A DNA stretch of 64,000 nucleotides from Myxococcota bacterium (GTDB taxonomy: Bacteria; Myxococcota_A; UBA796; GCA-2862545): contig JBCCQY010000008.1 of assembly GCA_039208735.1 (NCBI GenBank), positions 34,703-98,702 of the forward strand. The letters run 5' to 3'. Shown in pieces: positions 21,254-31,746 of this stretch (the first letter of the stretch is position 1; every line of letters begins with the position of its first letter). The translations under genes and the position numbers were made by a program. Below the pieces are notes generated by a model. That model had not been told where the DNA came from. It made no database searches and worked only from the letters and a program-made list of their open reading frames with translations.

Positions 21254-21780
21254 CGATCCTCCAAGGTTTGGTGCAGCAGACGGACGACGTTCGCCCCGCG
21301 GCCGCAGACGGAGAAGACCAAATCCTGTGTGAAACACGAAGTTTCACGCATTCAATCTGCGCGCCCGACCGCGTATGGCGCGCACCTCGGAGCGGTCGGG
21401 TCGGCGTCGTTGAACGGATGCAACAGAGGTTCGAATGCAACGATCGGGGCGAGCCTCTCGGCTACCATGATGGAACGTCTGTCGCAGGGATGATGCGGAC
21501 CCGCCCACCGTAGGAATGGCCTGCACCGTCCACGTTGCCCGTGGTGAGTTGCGTTCTCGAGGTCCCGATCCGCGGTGAAGGGTCCATGAGACCGTACAGC
21601 GAGGAGGGGTCGTTGCTCCGAATGATACCATGCGGCAAATGTTCGCCTATCCTCGCCGTAGCGACGTTCGGGGATCGGGCGTCGGCACTACACGCACAAG
21701 TCGATGGTGATAACCAGCGAACTCTACACTGCACCACCAACATTGAAGGGATGATTCAAGCGGGACCGTCAAGCATGGAC

Positions 21781-22236
21781 TTAGTTGAACAAACAGTTTG
21801 GCAACGTCAACCACTGCCAGTCCGTGTTGTTGGATTCGTTCGACTCCGACACCTCGTCTTCGGTATCCACAATGGCATCGGCATACGCCGATTGGCCATC
21901 CAAACCGGGCAAGAAGAACCGCGCAGTCGCCGTTCCTCCGGCCGGCACGCGAACGAGTCGGTACTGTTCACCAATGTCACCAAGGGATGGAATGGTGGGC
22001 GAACCCCACCAGAAATCGACGTAGGTTTCCGCATCAATGATGCCGTCATTGGCGACGGTCACGTATACGATTGGGTCACCCCCCAGCCCCGTGCAGCCAA
22101 CGGAGAAGGACTGAATCGTGAAGTCGGCCTGCACGTTGAAGTTGCAGAGGGCTGGATTCAGCAGGCAGGGTGAAGGCGTAGGAAACGACTGCGCGGCGGC
22201 TCCGCCAGTCCCAAAGAGAATCGAGAGGGTCAGCAT
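21781..22236 (-). CDS. CARDB-domain secreted protein
   Basis: VTVANDG..A and VDTEDEVSESNESNN CARDB signature; RBS AAGGAG. Confidence 0.8.
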   Translation of the reverse strand: MLTLSILFGTGGAAAQSFPTPSPCLLNPALCNFNVQADFTIQSFSVGCTGLGGDPIVYVTVANDGIIDAETYVDFWWGSPTIPSLGDIGEQYRLVRVPAGGTATARFFLPGLDGQSAYADAIVDTEDEVSESNESNNTDWQWLTLPNCLFN

Positions 22237-22500
22237 GGGTACTCCTTCCTTAAGCGGGCTCAATCCCGAGAAAGAAGTACCGAGTGAACCGAGTCAGCGT
22301 TGTGATCCTCTTGTGATCGAAGTGTGATGGACCTTAAACGCTAGCTCGGTGGTTTGCAGGACTGAGACGCACCCGTTCGCGGTTGCGATCGAAGCACCGC
22401 ATCCCGTCCGCCGGTGGGGAACGACTGCAGTTTCTGCACAACTTTGGTTTCCAGTGCGCTGCATAGGCCAGAGCGCGAATGCTCGAAATCGGGAGTGTGC

Positions 22501-23520
22501 ATGACACGGGTTTTCAACTTGGGCATGGGTTCCGCCATCTTCTTGGCGGCACTGGGGTGCATTGGTGCGCCCGCCGAGCGTGGGCCGGAGGTGTGCAACG
22601 GGCTCGACGATGACGGTGACGACGTGGTCGACAACGACCCTATCGACGGGGACATGTGGTTCGAAGACGCAGATGGCGATGGGTTTGGTGATCCGGAGAC
22701 GGAACGCCGCTTCTGCGGGGAGCCAGACGACGACGCCAATCGCGTGCAGAATGGACGCGACTGTGATGACATCCGTGTCGACATCTTTCCAGGGGCACCA
22801 GAGCGCTGCAACGATGTAGACGAGGCCTGTGACGGGGTAGGGGCCGATGCCGATGCCGACGGCGACATGTGGCGCATCTGCGAGGGAGACTGCAACGACG
22901 ACGATCCCAATGTCTTTCCGGGCGCCCTTGAACGATGCAACAACCTAGACGACGACTGTGATGGGGTAGCCGAAACCCCCGAGGCGTATCTCGATGACGA
23001 CAATGACGGGTTCCGCATCTGCGACAACGACTGCGACGATGAGGACCCTACCGTTCGACCCTCCATTGCGGTCGACGTCTGTGACGGTCGCGATGAAGAC
23101 TGCGACGGAATTGCCGACCCCGACCAAGACGAATGGGAGCCCAACAACGACCTTCGGGAGGCTCCTCGAATCTCGGGCGACAATGAGCGTGTGACCATCA
23201 CAGCAGCGTTCTCGAGTCCCCTCGATGAAGCGGATGTGTTTTTCGTAGAAACGGTGAATGATACCGAATTCCTAACGAATTCGTTCTACATGTACGCGTT
23301 CATCGAAGACCTCCCCGAGGGTCTGGAAGTCGAGCTGGCACTCTGGCACAACGACGAACTGTGGGCGGTCGACAGCGATGACAGCAACGGCATTGGGCTC
23401 TACTACGAGGCGTTCCCCATCGGGTCCGGCGGTGGCGGAAACTTCCACGTCGAAGTTCGTCTGTTAGGCGGGGAACGGTGTAATGCTCCCTATCGGCTCG
23501 TAGTCGACAACGGGGGTTGA
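22501..23520 (+). CDS. Lipoprotein with MopE-type putative metal-binding repeats
   Basis: LAALGC lipobox; repeated DCxDxxxxxxPGAxExCNxxDDDCDG. Confidence 0.85.
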   Translation: MTRVFNLGMGSAIFLAALGCIGAPAERGPEVCNGLDDDGDDVVDNDPIDGDMWFEDADGDGFGDPETERRFCGEPDDDANRVQNGRDCDDIRVDIFPGAPERCNDVDEACDGVGADADADGDMWRICEGDCNDDDPNVFPGALERCNNLDDDCDGVAETPEAYLDDDNDGFRICDNDCDDEDPTVRPSIAVDVCDGRDEDCDGIADPDQDEWEPNNDLREAPRISGDNERVTITAAFSSPLDEADVFFVETVNDTEFLTNSFYMYAFIEDLPEGLEVELALWHNDELWAVDSDDSNGIGLYYEAFPIGSGGGGNFHVEVRLLGGERCNAPYRLVVDNGG

Positions 23521-23582
23521 CCCTCATTGGTCATCCGGACCTTCCCTACTTGTGTGCCAATGTCACAGGTCGATGCACATCC

Positions 23583-24290
23583 CTACTTGATCACGTAGTC
23601 ATTGCGATGAATTGCGACAGGGCGTCCAGCGGACGCGAAGTGCACGATTTCGGTGCAGAATTCGCCTACGGAATCCGAGCCAAACTCGGGGCGAGGCCCG
23701 GTCACCCGAAACCGCCGTGCGGTGCGTTCGCCATTGAGCCACATGTACGGCGGGCCGGGATAGGTGATTTCACCAAGGTCTTCGAGATCTGCGACCACTT
23801 CGGCGTGCGAACCCACGTCGTCTGCGTACCCGACGATGGGAAACGGCTCGTCAAACGCCGCCGTCCGAAGCTGGTACTGAAGCGCATAGTCTTGGCCGTA
23901 GCGCATACCTAGCGGCCACGACGCATCGAATCGACTGCGGGCAGCTCGTTGAAAGACGTCGAAGGCGTGCGCGTAGTGGTTCATCAGCGCGCACAGGACG
24001 TAGCCCAAGCGCGGCTTAGGCGACGAGCGCTCGAGGAGGACCACCAAAACGGACGTGGCTCGCTCATTCCATCTCGGGCCCTGCCCCAAGAATGCATCGC
24101 CCAGGGCTGAGCCGTCCTCGGGCCGATCGAGGGCCGCGGCCAGGGCTTGGGCGTGCTCGCGAACCAGGGCCACGTGGCCCTCGAGCTGAGCATCACGAAT
24201 CACGGCGAGCCGGTCAAAGGGGTCGAGTTTGGGCATCAGGTCACCAGACGCCTCTTCCACGACCTGCTCCAGGCCGTCAAGCACCGCCAA
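23583..24290 (-). CDS. Hypothetical protein
   Basis: 235-aa ORF with protein-like composition; no motif recognised. Confidence 0.5.
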   Translation of the reverse strand: MAVLDGLEQVVEEASGDLMPKLDPFDRLAVIRDAQLEGHVALVREHAQALAAALDRPEDGSALGDAFLGQGPRWNERATSVLVVLLERSSPKPRLGYVLCALMNHYAHAFDVFQRAARSRFDASWPLGMRYGQDYALQYQLRTAAFDEPFPIVGYADDVGSHAEVVADLEDLGEITYPGPPYMWLNGERTARRFRVTGPRPEFGSDSVGEFCTEIVHFASAGRPVAIHRNDYVIK

Positions 24291-24338
24291 CGACCCTCCG
24301 ATGGCCGGAAGGACGTCATGGATGTCACCAGGTGGTTG

Positions 24339-24746
24339 TCAGAAGATCCACTCGTCAAGGTAGCAAGCTACCTTAAAGCGGTCGCAGAGGACACAGATAG
24401 CGCACAACTGCTCTTCGATTGGCGCCATGGGATCTTCACGATTGTCATTGATCTGCCATGCTTGCCAATTGCCTGACGGCCAGACTACGACTTCGCCTCG
24501 GTAGAGCATCTCTCCGTTCGACGTCTGGAGTGGCGTGGTCCAAGCGATGTAGGGTTGCTGTCTCTGATGGTTCGTGTCTGAGCACTCAGCGTCAATGATG
24601 CCATCGGGGTCGGACATGGAGGGGCCCCCGCAGTCGACGATGGTCTCCCCGTCACGAGTTTCAAATACCTCTTTGAGTTCCTCGATGGGGTCGAGTGTCT
24701 CGACTTCCGTACACGCAAAGGTGGTAAGGGCCACAACAAGCGACAT
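24339..24746 (-). CDS. Hypothetical lipoprotein
   Basis: RBS GGAGGA; MSLVVALTTFAC lipobox; Cys-rich. Confidence 0.6.
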   Translation of the reverse strand: MSLVVALTTFACTEVETLDPIEELKEVFETRDGETIVDCGGPSMSDPDGIIDAECSDTNHQRQQPYIAWTTPLQTSNGEMLYRGEVVVWPSGNWQAWQINDNREDPMAPIEEQLCAICVLCDRFKVACYLDEWIF

Positions 24747-24875
24747 TCTTCCTCCAAACCTTGCCAAGCAGCGGTGGGTGCAGTCCTATGGGGCTTCGCT
24801 GGGGCTCGGTGCAAACCTGCTGCGGCGTTCTTGACAGAAATGGCATCCGTTCCATCGACCCGAAAGCGCGGGCCG

Positions 24876-25286
24876 TCAGAAGAGGGTCTCGCCAAGCTCC
24901 AACAATTCGCGAATCCGAGGCAGCAGCATGTCGCGCACATCTGTGAGATACCCAATGATATCCTCTTCCGACGGTTGCCTTGACCCCCAATCAACCATGG
25001 CCCAAGCCCGCTTCCTGAACACCTCTTTCAGGTGCTTTCGGACGGTTCTGCCATTGGCCACATAATAACCGTCGGGTAGCTCGCCGCCCTCGAGCCGCAC
25101 CAGCAACACGAAGGCCTGGAACTCACGCCAGTCGAACTCAATCTCGACCCCCAGTTCGGTGGAGAGGTAGTCGAGGTGTGTCGACCTTCCCACGGTCGCG
25201 ACAGTAGGCGGCCGAAATCCGTGCCGCTCAACGAGAGGCTCGAAGAGTCGAATCGTTTGCTCGAGGAGTTCTTCTCGTTGCCCCAT
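24876..25286 (-). CDS. Hypothetical protein
   Basis: Protein-like ORF (FEPLVERHGF..VEIEFDWRE); start uncertain. Confidence 0.55.
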   Translation of the reverse strand: MGQREELLEQTIRLFEPLVERHGFRPPTVATVGRSTHLDYLSTELGVEIEFDWREFQAFVLLVRLEGGELPDGYYVANGRTVRKHLKEVFRKRAWAMVDWGSRQPSEEDIIGYLTDVRDMLLPRIRELLELGETLF

Positions 25287-26000
25287 GACGGCCCTCAACG
25301 TCGCATGTTCATTAACTCTAACTCTCGTCCGGTGACGCCCCAAGAGCACCGAGGGTCGCCTTCGCAGCGGCCTGGGGCCTCTTGCCTCCATGGAACTCGT
25401 GAAAGTCCGTCACTGTCGTCCGTTCGGGCGTCTGCCATGCGACGACATCGCATTGGCCTCTGCCTTCGAGTCGGGCAAGCGTGGCGCGTTCGACTGTGAA
25501 ATGATCGACACTTTGCATTTGGCCGCCGGGTTGGTCAATGGCGAGGACCTCATTGAATGCGCGCAATCTCCCAGCAGTGTGACCGATTTCGCCGATGATC
25601 TAAGTGAACCAAGCGGGACGTTGCCAAGCTTCGATCCACGGGACTGCCCTGACCTTGGATGACCGTGGCGTTCTTTTGGTCTACCGGACCTCGCGGTTTT
25701 GGCAATCGGAGTGCCAAGGCGGCAGCAACCTGTCGGTGCAGAAGTGGCTCGATTCCTTGCATCGAGCGTAAGATACATGTTCAGTGAACGCATGTCCAAT
25801 CCGATCGCGGAAATCTGGACCAGGAAGTGTCCACACACCCCAGGGTTTCGTCTCGGACCTACTGCCGTTCGTGGTCGCGACGCGGGACTCGCCCCGTTGG
25901 TAGGGGAGTCGTAAGGGATGGGGTTTGGAATGTCGTCGCATCACCTTCGTCGCAGTTTCGCGTCCTACGTCCGACAGGGTCACGTGGAACGAGGAGGACG

Positions 26001-27692
26001 TTGGCGTTGCTGGACGAAGTGGCGGCACGGATCGCGAGTGACCTCGACGATCACGAAGCCTGGATGGTGTTGGCAGACGGCCTACTCGACCGTAGCGACG
26101 AACGGGGGCGCTGGATCCGCCTTCACTACGACCAAGACAGACAGCGCATAGATGAACGGCTCATTCTCGAAGCCCGATGGCACCGTGGTGGACCGAAGGG
26201 CTTTGAGTGGCCCGGGGCCCGGTTGTCGTGGCGGTTTGGATTTGTGGTGCGGGTCGACGTCCATTGGGACGATCGAACGCTCGCCCAGCTCCAGGCGCTC
26301 GATGCGCACCCCGATGGGCTGGTGTGGCGCAGTCTGGCGCTGTCTGAGATGCCTGCCAAAGCCGTCGCAGATTTGCGGTCGGCTGCGTTTGCGAATCGGC
26401 TTCGCACACTCACCCTCGCATCGACCCACTTGGGCGACAATGGACTGTTGAGCTTGGCAAGGGGAAAGTTTCCCTCGTTGACGAAGTTGGACGTCCAGAA
26501 CAACGAATGCACAGCGACGGGGCTCGCCGCCCTCGTCGAGGCCCCGTTCATCGGGCAGCTCCGTACCCTGCGCCTTCGCAACAATCCCTTGGGACCTGCA
26601 GGGGGGATGGTGCTCGGCACATTGAAATCGCCGGCTCTCCAAGTGCTCGACCTCACCCGTACCGAACTCACGGATGCAGGGCTCGAGGCATTGGGTCGGG
26701 GGCCTCTCGGTGCGTCGGTCTCAAACCTAGCCCTAGCGGCAAACCAGCTCACAGGCGCGCATCTGACGAAGCTCACGGCGGCAAGAACCGTGGATTTGTC
26801 CCATAACGAGGCGCTATCCGTCGATGCCGTCGCTGCTGCGGCGTGCGGCTGGACGTCACTCGTCCTCGATGGGTGCGCCCTCGTGGACTCCGACGTTCCT
26901 GCACTCCGCGCCGCCTCCGCCCTGAAGGCCCTCTCGCTTTCACGGAACCCGGAATTGTCACTCGCCCGGATGGGGGAGGCGGATCTCCCGAATTCTCTGC
27001 AGTCACTCGTCCTTTCCGGTTGTGCAGTCGCAACCCGAGGATGGCTTGCCCTTGCGGCAGCCTCATTGCCCCACCTCCAGCAGCTTCGGCTCAACGGATG
27101 CCAGCTGACAGGACTCGGTGACGTGCCTCCCCAAGCGTTTCCTTCCCTTGAGGCGCTCGACATCGGGGCAAATCGGTTGCAGGACGGCGGCTCGGCACTC
27201 GCCCACGCCTTGCCAGCCTTGCGGACGCTGAAGGCACGGCGCTGTGGCATCGGTGAAGGGCTCGAGGATTGGCGTCATGCGCCCTGGTTCGAGAAGCTCG
27301 AAGAACTGGACCTCAGTGGCCAAACCCTGCCATGGTCCAAACTTCTTGCCGCACGCCGACTGGTGCGACTCAGCCTTGGCCGCTGCAGACTCTCAGGGAC
27401 CCTGCGAGGACTCCACGACTTACCCCAACTCGAGAGCCTGAATCTTTGTCACAATCACCTGTCGAACGCAGCGCCGATCGTTGAAGCCGGACATCCCAAC
27501 CTTCGTCAGTTGAACCTTTCGAGCAACGGCATCGACGACGCCGGTGCCGCACGCCTTACCAACCAGCTCGAATACTTCCCTCGACTCCAGCGTCTAAACC
27601 TGCGATCGAATCCGCTTTCGTCCTCGATGCAAGCGGCGTTCGAGCAGGCCTCAACTCCCACGATGTTGGAGGTCACCGGCGCTGGCGGTTGA
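26001..27692 (+). CDS. TIGR02996-like domain plus leucine-rich repeat protein
   Basis: RBS AGGAGG before TTG 26001; DDHEAWMVLADGLLDRSDERG; many LxxLxLxxN repeats. Confidence 0.85.
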   Translation: MALLDEVAARIASDLDDHEAWMVLADGLLDRSDERGRWIRLHYDQDRQRIDERLILEARWHRGGPKGFEWPGARLSWRFGFVVRVDVHWDDRTLAQLQALDAHPDGLVWRSLALSEMPAKAVADLRSAAFANRLRTLTLASTHLGDNGLLSLARGKFPSLTKLDVQNNECTATGLAALVEAPFIGQLRTLRLRNNPLGPAGGMVLGTLKSPALQVLDLTRTELTDAGLEALGRGPLGASVSNLALAANQLTGAHLTKLTAARTVDLSHNEALSVDAVAAAACGWTSLVLDGCALVDSDVPALRAASALKALSLSRNPELSLARMGEADLPNSLQSLVLSGCAVATRGWLALAAASLPHLQQLRLNGCQLTGLGDVPPQAFPSLEALDIGANRLQDGGSALAHALPALRTLKARRCGIGEGLEDWRHAPWFEKLEELDLSGQTLPWSKLLAARRLVRLSLGRCRLSGTLRGLHDLPQLESLNLCHNHLSNAAPIVEAGHPNLRQLNLSSNGIDDAGAARLTNQLEYFPRLQRLNLRSNPLSSSMQAAFEQASTPTMLEVTGAGG

Positions 27693-27694
27693 CC

Positions 27695-28357
27695 TCAATC
27701 ACACTCGTCGTTCGCCTTCGCTCCGTCGCCCTCGCGAAACCCGACCACTTCGCAGGGGGTGTTGTAGGTCACGTCATCGAAGGCGACGTAGGCAAAGTCT
27801 ACGCCTTTAGGTCCGACGGAAACAAAGGAGGTGAGTTCCGTCGGCTCTCCGCGGTCATCTTCGTCTGCCAATCCGAGTTCGGTTCGCAGAATCGCCCCTT
27901 CGTCCGCACCAAGCCGGTGCCCTCCCCCCACGGAATCGTCGCCTGCAAACCGGTTGATGGTAAGGGTCGATTGCCAAGTCTGGAAGGCAAGATCGATGCG
28001 TTCCGTGTCGCGCGTGACCACCGACCAGAACAGCTCCACGTCCAGCCCTTCGTACGTGCAGGCATCCTTGACTGCATCAGACTTAGGCTTGCCTTCAACC
28101 CTCCGAAGTCGGTTGCGTTTCAAGTCCACATCGACGGGCTCGGTCCGACCATCTCGCCACACCATCGAGAACGCGTGGGATCCCAAGAGCGCCTGAAGGT
28201 TGTCGAGCGACGCCAGTTCGTTGTTCGACAGCTCCTCGACTCCCACCTCCGTCACGGTTTCAATGCAAGGATTGACAGGTTCACCCGTGAACGAGCGGAT
28301 GGGACTACACGCAACAACGCACATCATCACAACGAGGTTTGCGAGCTTAGTATTCAA
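27695..28357 (-). CDS. Hypothetical lipoprotein
   Basis: MNTKLANLVVMMCVVAC lipobox; RBS GGAGG. Confidence 0.6.
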   Translation of the reverse strand: MNTKLANLVVMMCVVACSPIRSFTGEPVNPCIETVTEVGVEELSNNELASLDNLQALLGSHAFSMVWRDGRTEPVDVDLKRNRLRRVEGKPKSDAVKDACTYEGLDVELFWSVVTRDTERIDLAFQTWQSTLTINRFAGDDSVGGGHRLGADEGAILRTELGLADEDDRGEPTELTSFVSVGPKGVDFAYVAFDDVTYNTPCEVVGFREGDGAKANDECD

Positions 28358-28661
28358 GGCTGCCCTCCGGGTGCGAACCTATCGTGGCGATGGAATGACG
28401 AAGCGAATTGTGCACATCACGTTGAACCAGGCGCAAGGAGCCCCTGAAGCAGCGACGCCTCGAAACGGGCGCCCGTTTCCGAAGGAAGAACATGCCGATG
28501 ACAGAGTCCCTGACGTGTGTTCGCGCCGATGCGCACGTCGTGTCGCGCTCAAAATACCAATCAGCCAGGTCGATAATGTGCCCACATGCAACACGGAGGC
28601 CTTCGCGATGGCATCCACCGGCAAGAGGTGAACCTCCGGCTGGCTCAGCGATTGCGCAGCA

Positions 28662-28889
28662 TCACCGCGGCGGGTCGTCCGGGAACTGAAAGACGGCTTC
28701 CAGCGGCAGACCGAACGTTCGTGCGATGCGAAAGGCAACCTCGAGCGATGGAGAGTACTTCCCCTGTTCAATGGCATTGACCGTCTGTCGCGTCACCCCG
28801 ATCGCTTCGGCGAGCTGGCCCTGAGTCATCTGGTCTGCCTCGGCCCGCAAGGCACGGATTCGATTGGTGACTTGTGTAGGTTTCGGCAC
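28662..28889 (-). CDS. XRE-family HTH regulator
   Basis: [36 protein letters not shown]. Confidence 0.9.
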   Translation of the reverse strand: MPKPTQVTNRIRALRAEADQMTQGQLAEAIGVTRQTVNAIEQGKYSPSLEVAFRIARTFGLPLEAVFQFPDDPPR

Positions 28890-29312
28890 CTACACCCCGT
28901 ATCGATACGACACGATCTGGCTCGTGCGAGACACCACCTCTGCGAGCACGAGGCCAGCCAGCAGGCCATTCGCAATCCAGAAGTGGTCGACCTCCAAGCA
29001 CGCAAGCCCGATGGCGAAAAGGGTGGCCACCCCAAGCACCGCACCTCCGATGCTCTCGCCCTTTCGCTCCACCAATCGGTCGCGTTCATCCCCCCCGTGC
29101 TCGGCCGTTGGCGTCGTCAAGGCCACCACGATGTGCATCACCACGCTCGCCGCGACGAGCACCACCACCGTGAGGACCATGAGGGGTCGGTACGCGACAG
29201 TGGCAAGGATCGGTGCATCGCCAAAGAGGCCGAGGATCGATGCGAAGTAAGCGCCGTAGACACCAACGATCAGCACGAGCATGACCCAGGTGCTCTTTTC
29301 GCGAAACGACAC
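28890..29312 (-). CDS. Small four-TM membrane protein co-transcribed with the XRE regulator (DUF2178-like)
   Basis: MSFREK start, DERD motif, hydrophobic helices. Confidence 0.75.
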   Translation of the reverse strand: MSFREKSTWVMLVLIVGVYGAYFASILGLFGDAPILATVAYRPLMVLTVVVLVAASVVMHIVVALTTPTAEHGGDERDRLVERKGESIGGAVLGVATLFAIGLACLEVDHFWIANGLLAGLVLAEVVSRTSQIVSYRYGV

Positions 29313-29324
29313 ATGTGCCCCCAA

Positions 29325-29382
29325 TGTCAAAGATGTTTGACACCACATAGCCGGCGGACACGGGGTGTCAAACATCTTTGAC
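29325..29382. promoter_or_regulatory. Double palindromic operator upstream of the membrane protein/XRE operon
   Basis: GTCAAAGATGTTTGACACC (29326-29344) and GGTGTCAAACATCTTTGAC (29364-29382) are a perfect 19-bp inverted repeat; each is itself TGTCAAA-N4-TTTGAC. Confidence 0.8.
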
Positions 29383-29417
29383 TCCTCCGAGGCGCCCCAC
29401 TACGGCCCGCAACGGGC

Positions 29418-30014
29418 CTACGCATCGTCCTTTCGAAGGACGGCGAGCGAGGCTCGAACCACTGCATCATCCAGGCCTGGCGGAATCGGCCGGCCCGCCC
29501 TTAGGTACGGCGTCGCGGCTCCTTGGGGAATGGAGATGGCAGCAAGCCGCAAGAGCGGTTCCGCCAGCTCGCCATGGGGCCAGTGGGTGTCGAGGAACGA
29601 CGCCATGGCCTCTTCGATTTGGTTGGCCAGCGTTTGGGCCTGCGATGCGACCTCATCTGGCCACGCACCATCGAGCAAGTCGTGTCGCCGGTAGAGCAAG
29701 AGCAGACGGCCATGTGCGGGATGAGTGCGACACCAGGACAACACGAACCGAACCGCGGCCGCAATCCCCACCTGCGGATCCTCTGACGAGCGCAACGCCT
29801 GCAAATAGTCGGCTTGGAACCAAGCGACAGTGCGGAGCCACAGCCGTGCCAGCAGCAGGTCCCGCGCTGCAAAGCGGTGGTAGATCGAACCACTTGGGGC
29901 ACCAAGCTGCCGCGCGATGGCTGCGACGGTCACCGCGCGGACGCCGCCCTCAGCCAGCAATGCCAGCGCAGCGTCCAGGATCTGCTGTTCATCGAACTTT
30001 GGGCGTCGAGCCAT
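29418..30014 (-). CDS. TetR family regulator
   Basis: MARRPKF..ILDAAL..VTVAAIARQLGAPSGSIYHRF. Confidence 0.9.
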   Translation of the reverse strand: MARRPKFDEQQILDAALALLAEGGVRAVTVAAIARQLGAPSGSIYHRFAARDLLLARLWLRTVAWFQADYLQALRSSEDPQVGIAAAVRFVLSWCRTHPAHGRLLLLYRRHDLLDGAWPDEVASQAQTLANQIEEAMASFLDTHWPHGELAEPLLRLAAISIPQGAATPYLRAGRPIPPGLDDAVVRASLAVLRKDDA

Positions 30015-30036
30015 AATTAGAGATACCTCTCTAATT
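30015..30036. promoter_or_regulatory. TetR operator between divergent genes
   Basis: AATTAGAGA-TACC-TCTCTAATT perfect 9-bp inverted repeat abutting the tetR start codon. Confidence 0.8.
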
Positions 30037-30047
30037 GGAGGTAGGTG

Positions 30048-30521
30048 ATGCGAATCTGGAGTATCCACGAGCGTACGATCCCGGCGGACCCTTCCGATGC
30101 TGCAGCGTTGCTCGACACGTTGTCGAGTGCTCAAGACCGGCTGTGGCCCACGGACCGTTGGCCGGCGCAGCGGTTCGATGGCCCGCTTGGTGTCGGAGTC
30201 GTCGGCGGCCATGGGCCCATCCGCTATGCGGTCGAGGCGTATGAACCTGGTCGACATGTGGCCTACCGCATGACGAGCCCCTTTCGAGGACGTCACTGGA
30301 TCGATGTGGTCCCCACTGAGCAGGGCATTCAGCTGCGGCATGTGATCTCAGCATCGGCCGGTTGGGTGAACGCGGTCTGGTGGGTTGTGGCGATTCGGTG
30401 GCTGCATGACGCGTTGATCGAGGACGCCTTCGACAATGCGGAGCGCGAACTGACGGGTGAGGTTCGCGATCCCGCCCGATGGTCATGGTGGGTTCGCGCG
30501 TTGCGCTTGTCGTTGCGGTAG
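30048..30521 (+). CDS. SRPBCC/DUF2867-like protein
   Basis: HERTI..LLDTLSS.QDRLWP..GGHGPIRY..LHDALIEDAFD; RBS GGAGG. Confidence 0.65.
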   Translation: MRIWSIHERTIPADPSDAAALLDTLSSAQDRLWPTDRWPAQRFDGPLGVGVVGGHGPIRYAVEAYEPGRHVAYRMTSPFRGRHWIDVVPTEQGIQLRHVISASAGWVNAVWWVVAIRWLHDALIEDAFDNAERELTGEVRDPARWSWWVRALRLSLR

Positions 30522-30547
30522 GCGCATTCGCGCCCGAGGGCACACCG

Positions 30548-31591
30548 TCAGGGACAGGGGCCGACCGTGATGCCGGACAGCTCGGTGCCCTCGGCCTTCA
30601 GCCGCCCCTCATAGAACGTGGTGCGCGTGAGCACAGACCAGCCTGACCGGCCCTCGGACGAAAGGAGTGCAAAGACGATGTCATCGCTCGGCGTAAGGAA
30701 GCCGAAGTGAACCTCGATCGACATGTCGCACTGGTAAAGGCGCTCCCCAAGCTCGTCACCCGCGGTGAACGAACCGCTATCGTCCAGATCGCGGTACGTG
30801 GTCAAAAATCCGGTCATCGCGTCTGCAGGCCAGAAGTCCTCGGTGATGGGGTACTCCTCGGGCGGCTTACCCGTGATGGACAGCTTCCAGTCTGCGCTCA
30901 GCGCTTCGTCGAGGAAGGGTTCGTTTGCAAAGGTTGGTGACTCGATCTCGGACTCGGGGAGCGCGACCACCCGAGTCGGCTCGGCAACCGTGCCCGATAA
31001 CGTAAGCGCCTCACCCGGAGCGTTCACCATCAGCGGGACGTCGGTAAAGTCACGGCTTAGGTCAATGGACCAGCCGAAGCCGATGCCCAAGGCTTCAAGC
31101 CCGCTCGGATCGGTTCCATCGTCAAAGATGTAGTATATCACGACGTCCTGGCCAATGATGGGCTCCCCAGTTTCCAACACCCCATCGCCATCATCCAGGT
31201 GCAATGCCACAGGAAAGATGCTGGCCGAGTATTGAGGACCACCGCCGAAAGACACCAATGACGCTCCCGTGGTCGTGGGCACCGTGACCGTGACCTCGGC
31301 CCTTCCATCCTCCACCGGCGCCGAAGCCAGCATGGGACCGTCGAGATTGTGGATGACAAGCACAACCGGTTCATCGCCTGGCTCATCGAGCACGAACGAC
31401 ACCGTCACCGTGGTGTCAATCGGCTCACCAGTGTCTTCCGGCTCACCTGAGTCAACCAACGGAGGGGGTGGGGTTTCGTGAGGAAGGGTCTCCTGTGCGC
31501 ACGCACCAACTGAAGCGAGAAGCGCCAACAGCAGAAGTTCCGAATAAGGATGTTTATCGCTAACTTTCAACTTCAATCTATTGGATTCCAT
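30548..31591 (-). CDS. Hypothetical acidic lipoprotein
   Basis: LLALLASVGAC lipobox, Pro/Asp/Thr linker, two DxDxDG-like loops. Confidence 0.65.
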   Translation of the reverse strand: MESNRLKLKVSDKHPYSELLLLALLASVGACAQETLPHETPPPPLVDSGEPEDTGEPIDTTVTVSFVLDEPGDEPVVLVIHNLDGPMLASAPVEDGRAEVTVTVPTTTGASLVSFGGGPQYSASIFPVALHLDDGDGVLETGEPIIGQDVVIYYIFDDGTDPSGLEALGIGFGWSIDLSRDFTDVPLMVNAPGEALTLSGTVAEPTRVVALPESEIESPTFANEPFLDEALSADWKLSITGKPPEEYPITEDFWPADAMTGFLTTYRDLDDSGSFTAGDELGERLYQCDMSIEVHFGFLTPSDDIVFALLSSEGRSGWSVLTRTTFYEGRLKAEGTELSGITVGPCP

Positions 31592-31746
31592 CGAACGCTC
31601 CCTTACCGCAAAGGCAACTTATGCCAGGCCCGACCGATGGCCAGTCGGCGGTCGAGAAAGGTAGCGAACGGGCTTATGCACACTTCACAGCACTGATGAT
31701 GCGATGACCTCGACGCACTATGCGTACGGCACAGGGAGGTCCCTTG

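Noticed and set aside
22570..23130. Repetitive DNA suggesting a CRISPR or tandem array
   Set aside because: The repeats are degenerate codons of MopE-type protein repeats, with no constant repeat/spacer structure
25318..25700. Possible further TAG-interrupted minus-strand gene
   Set aside because: Two stops in frame and no recognisable homology on either side
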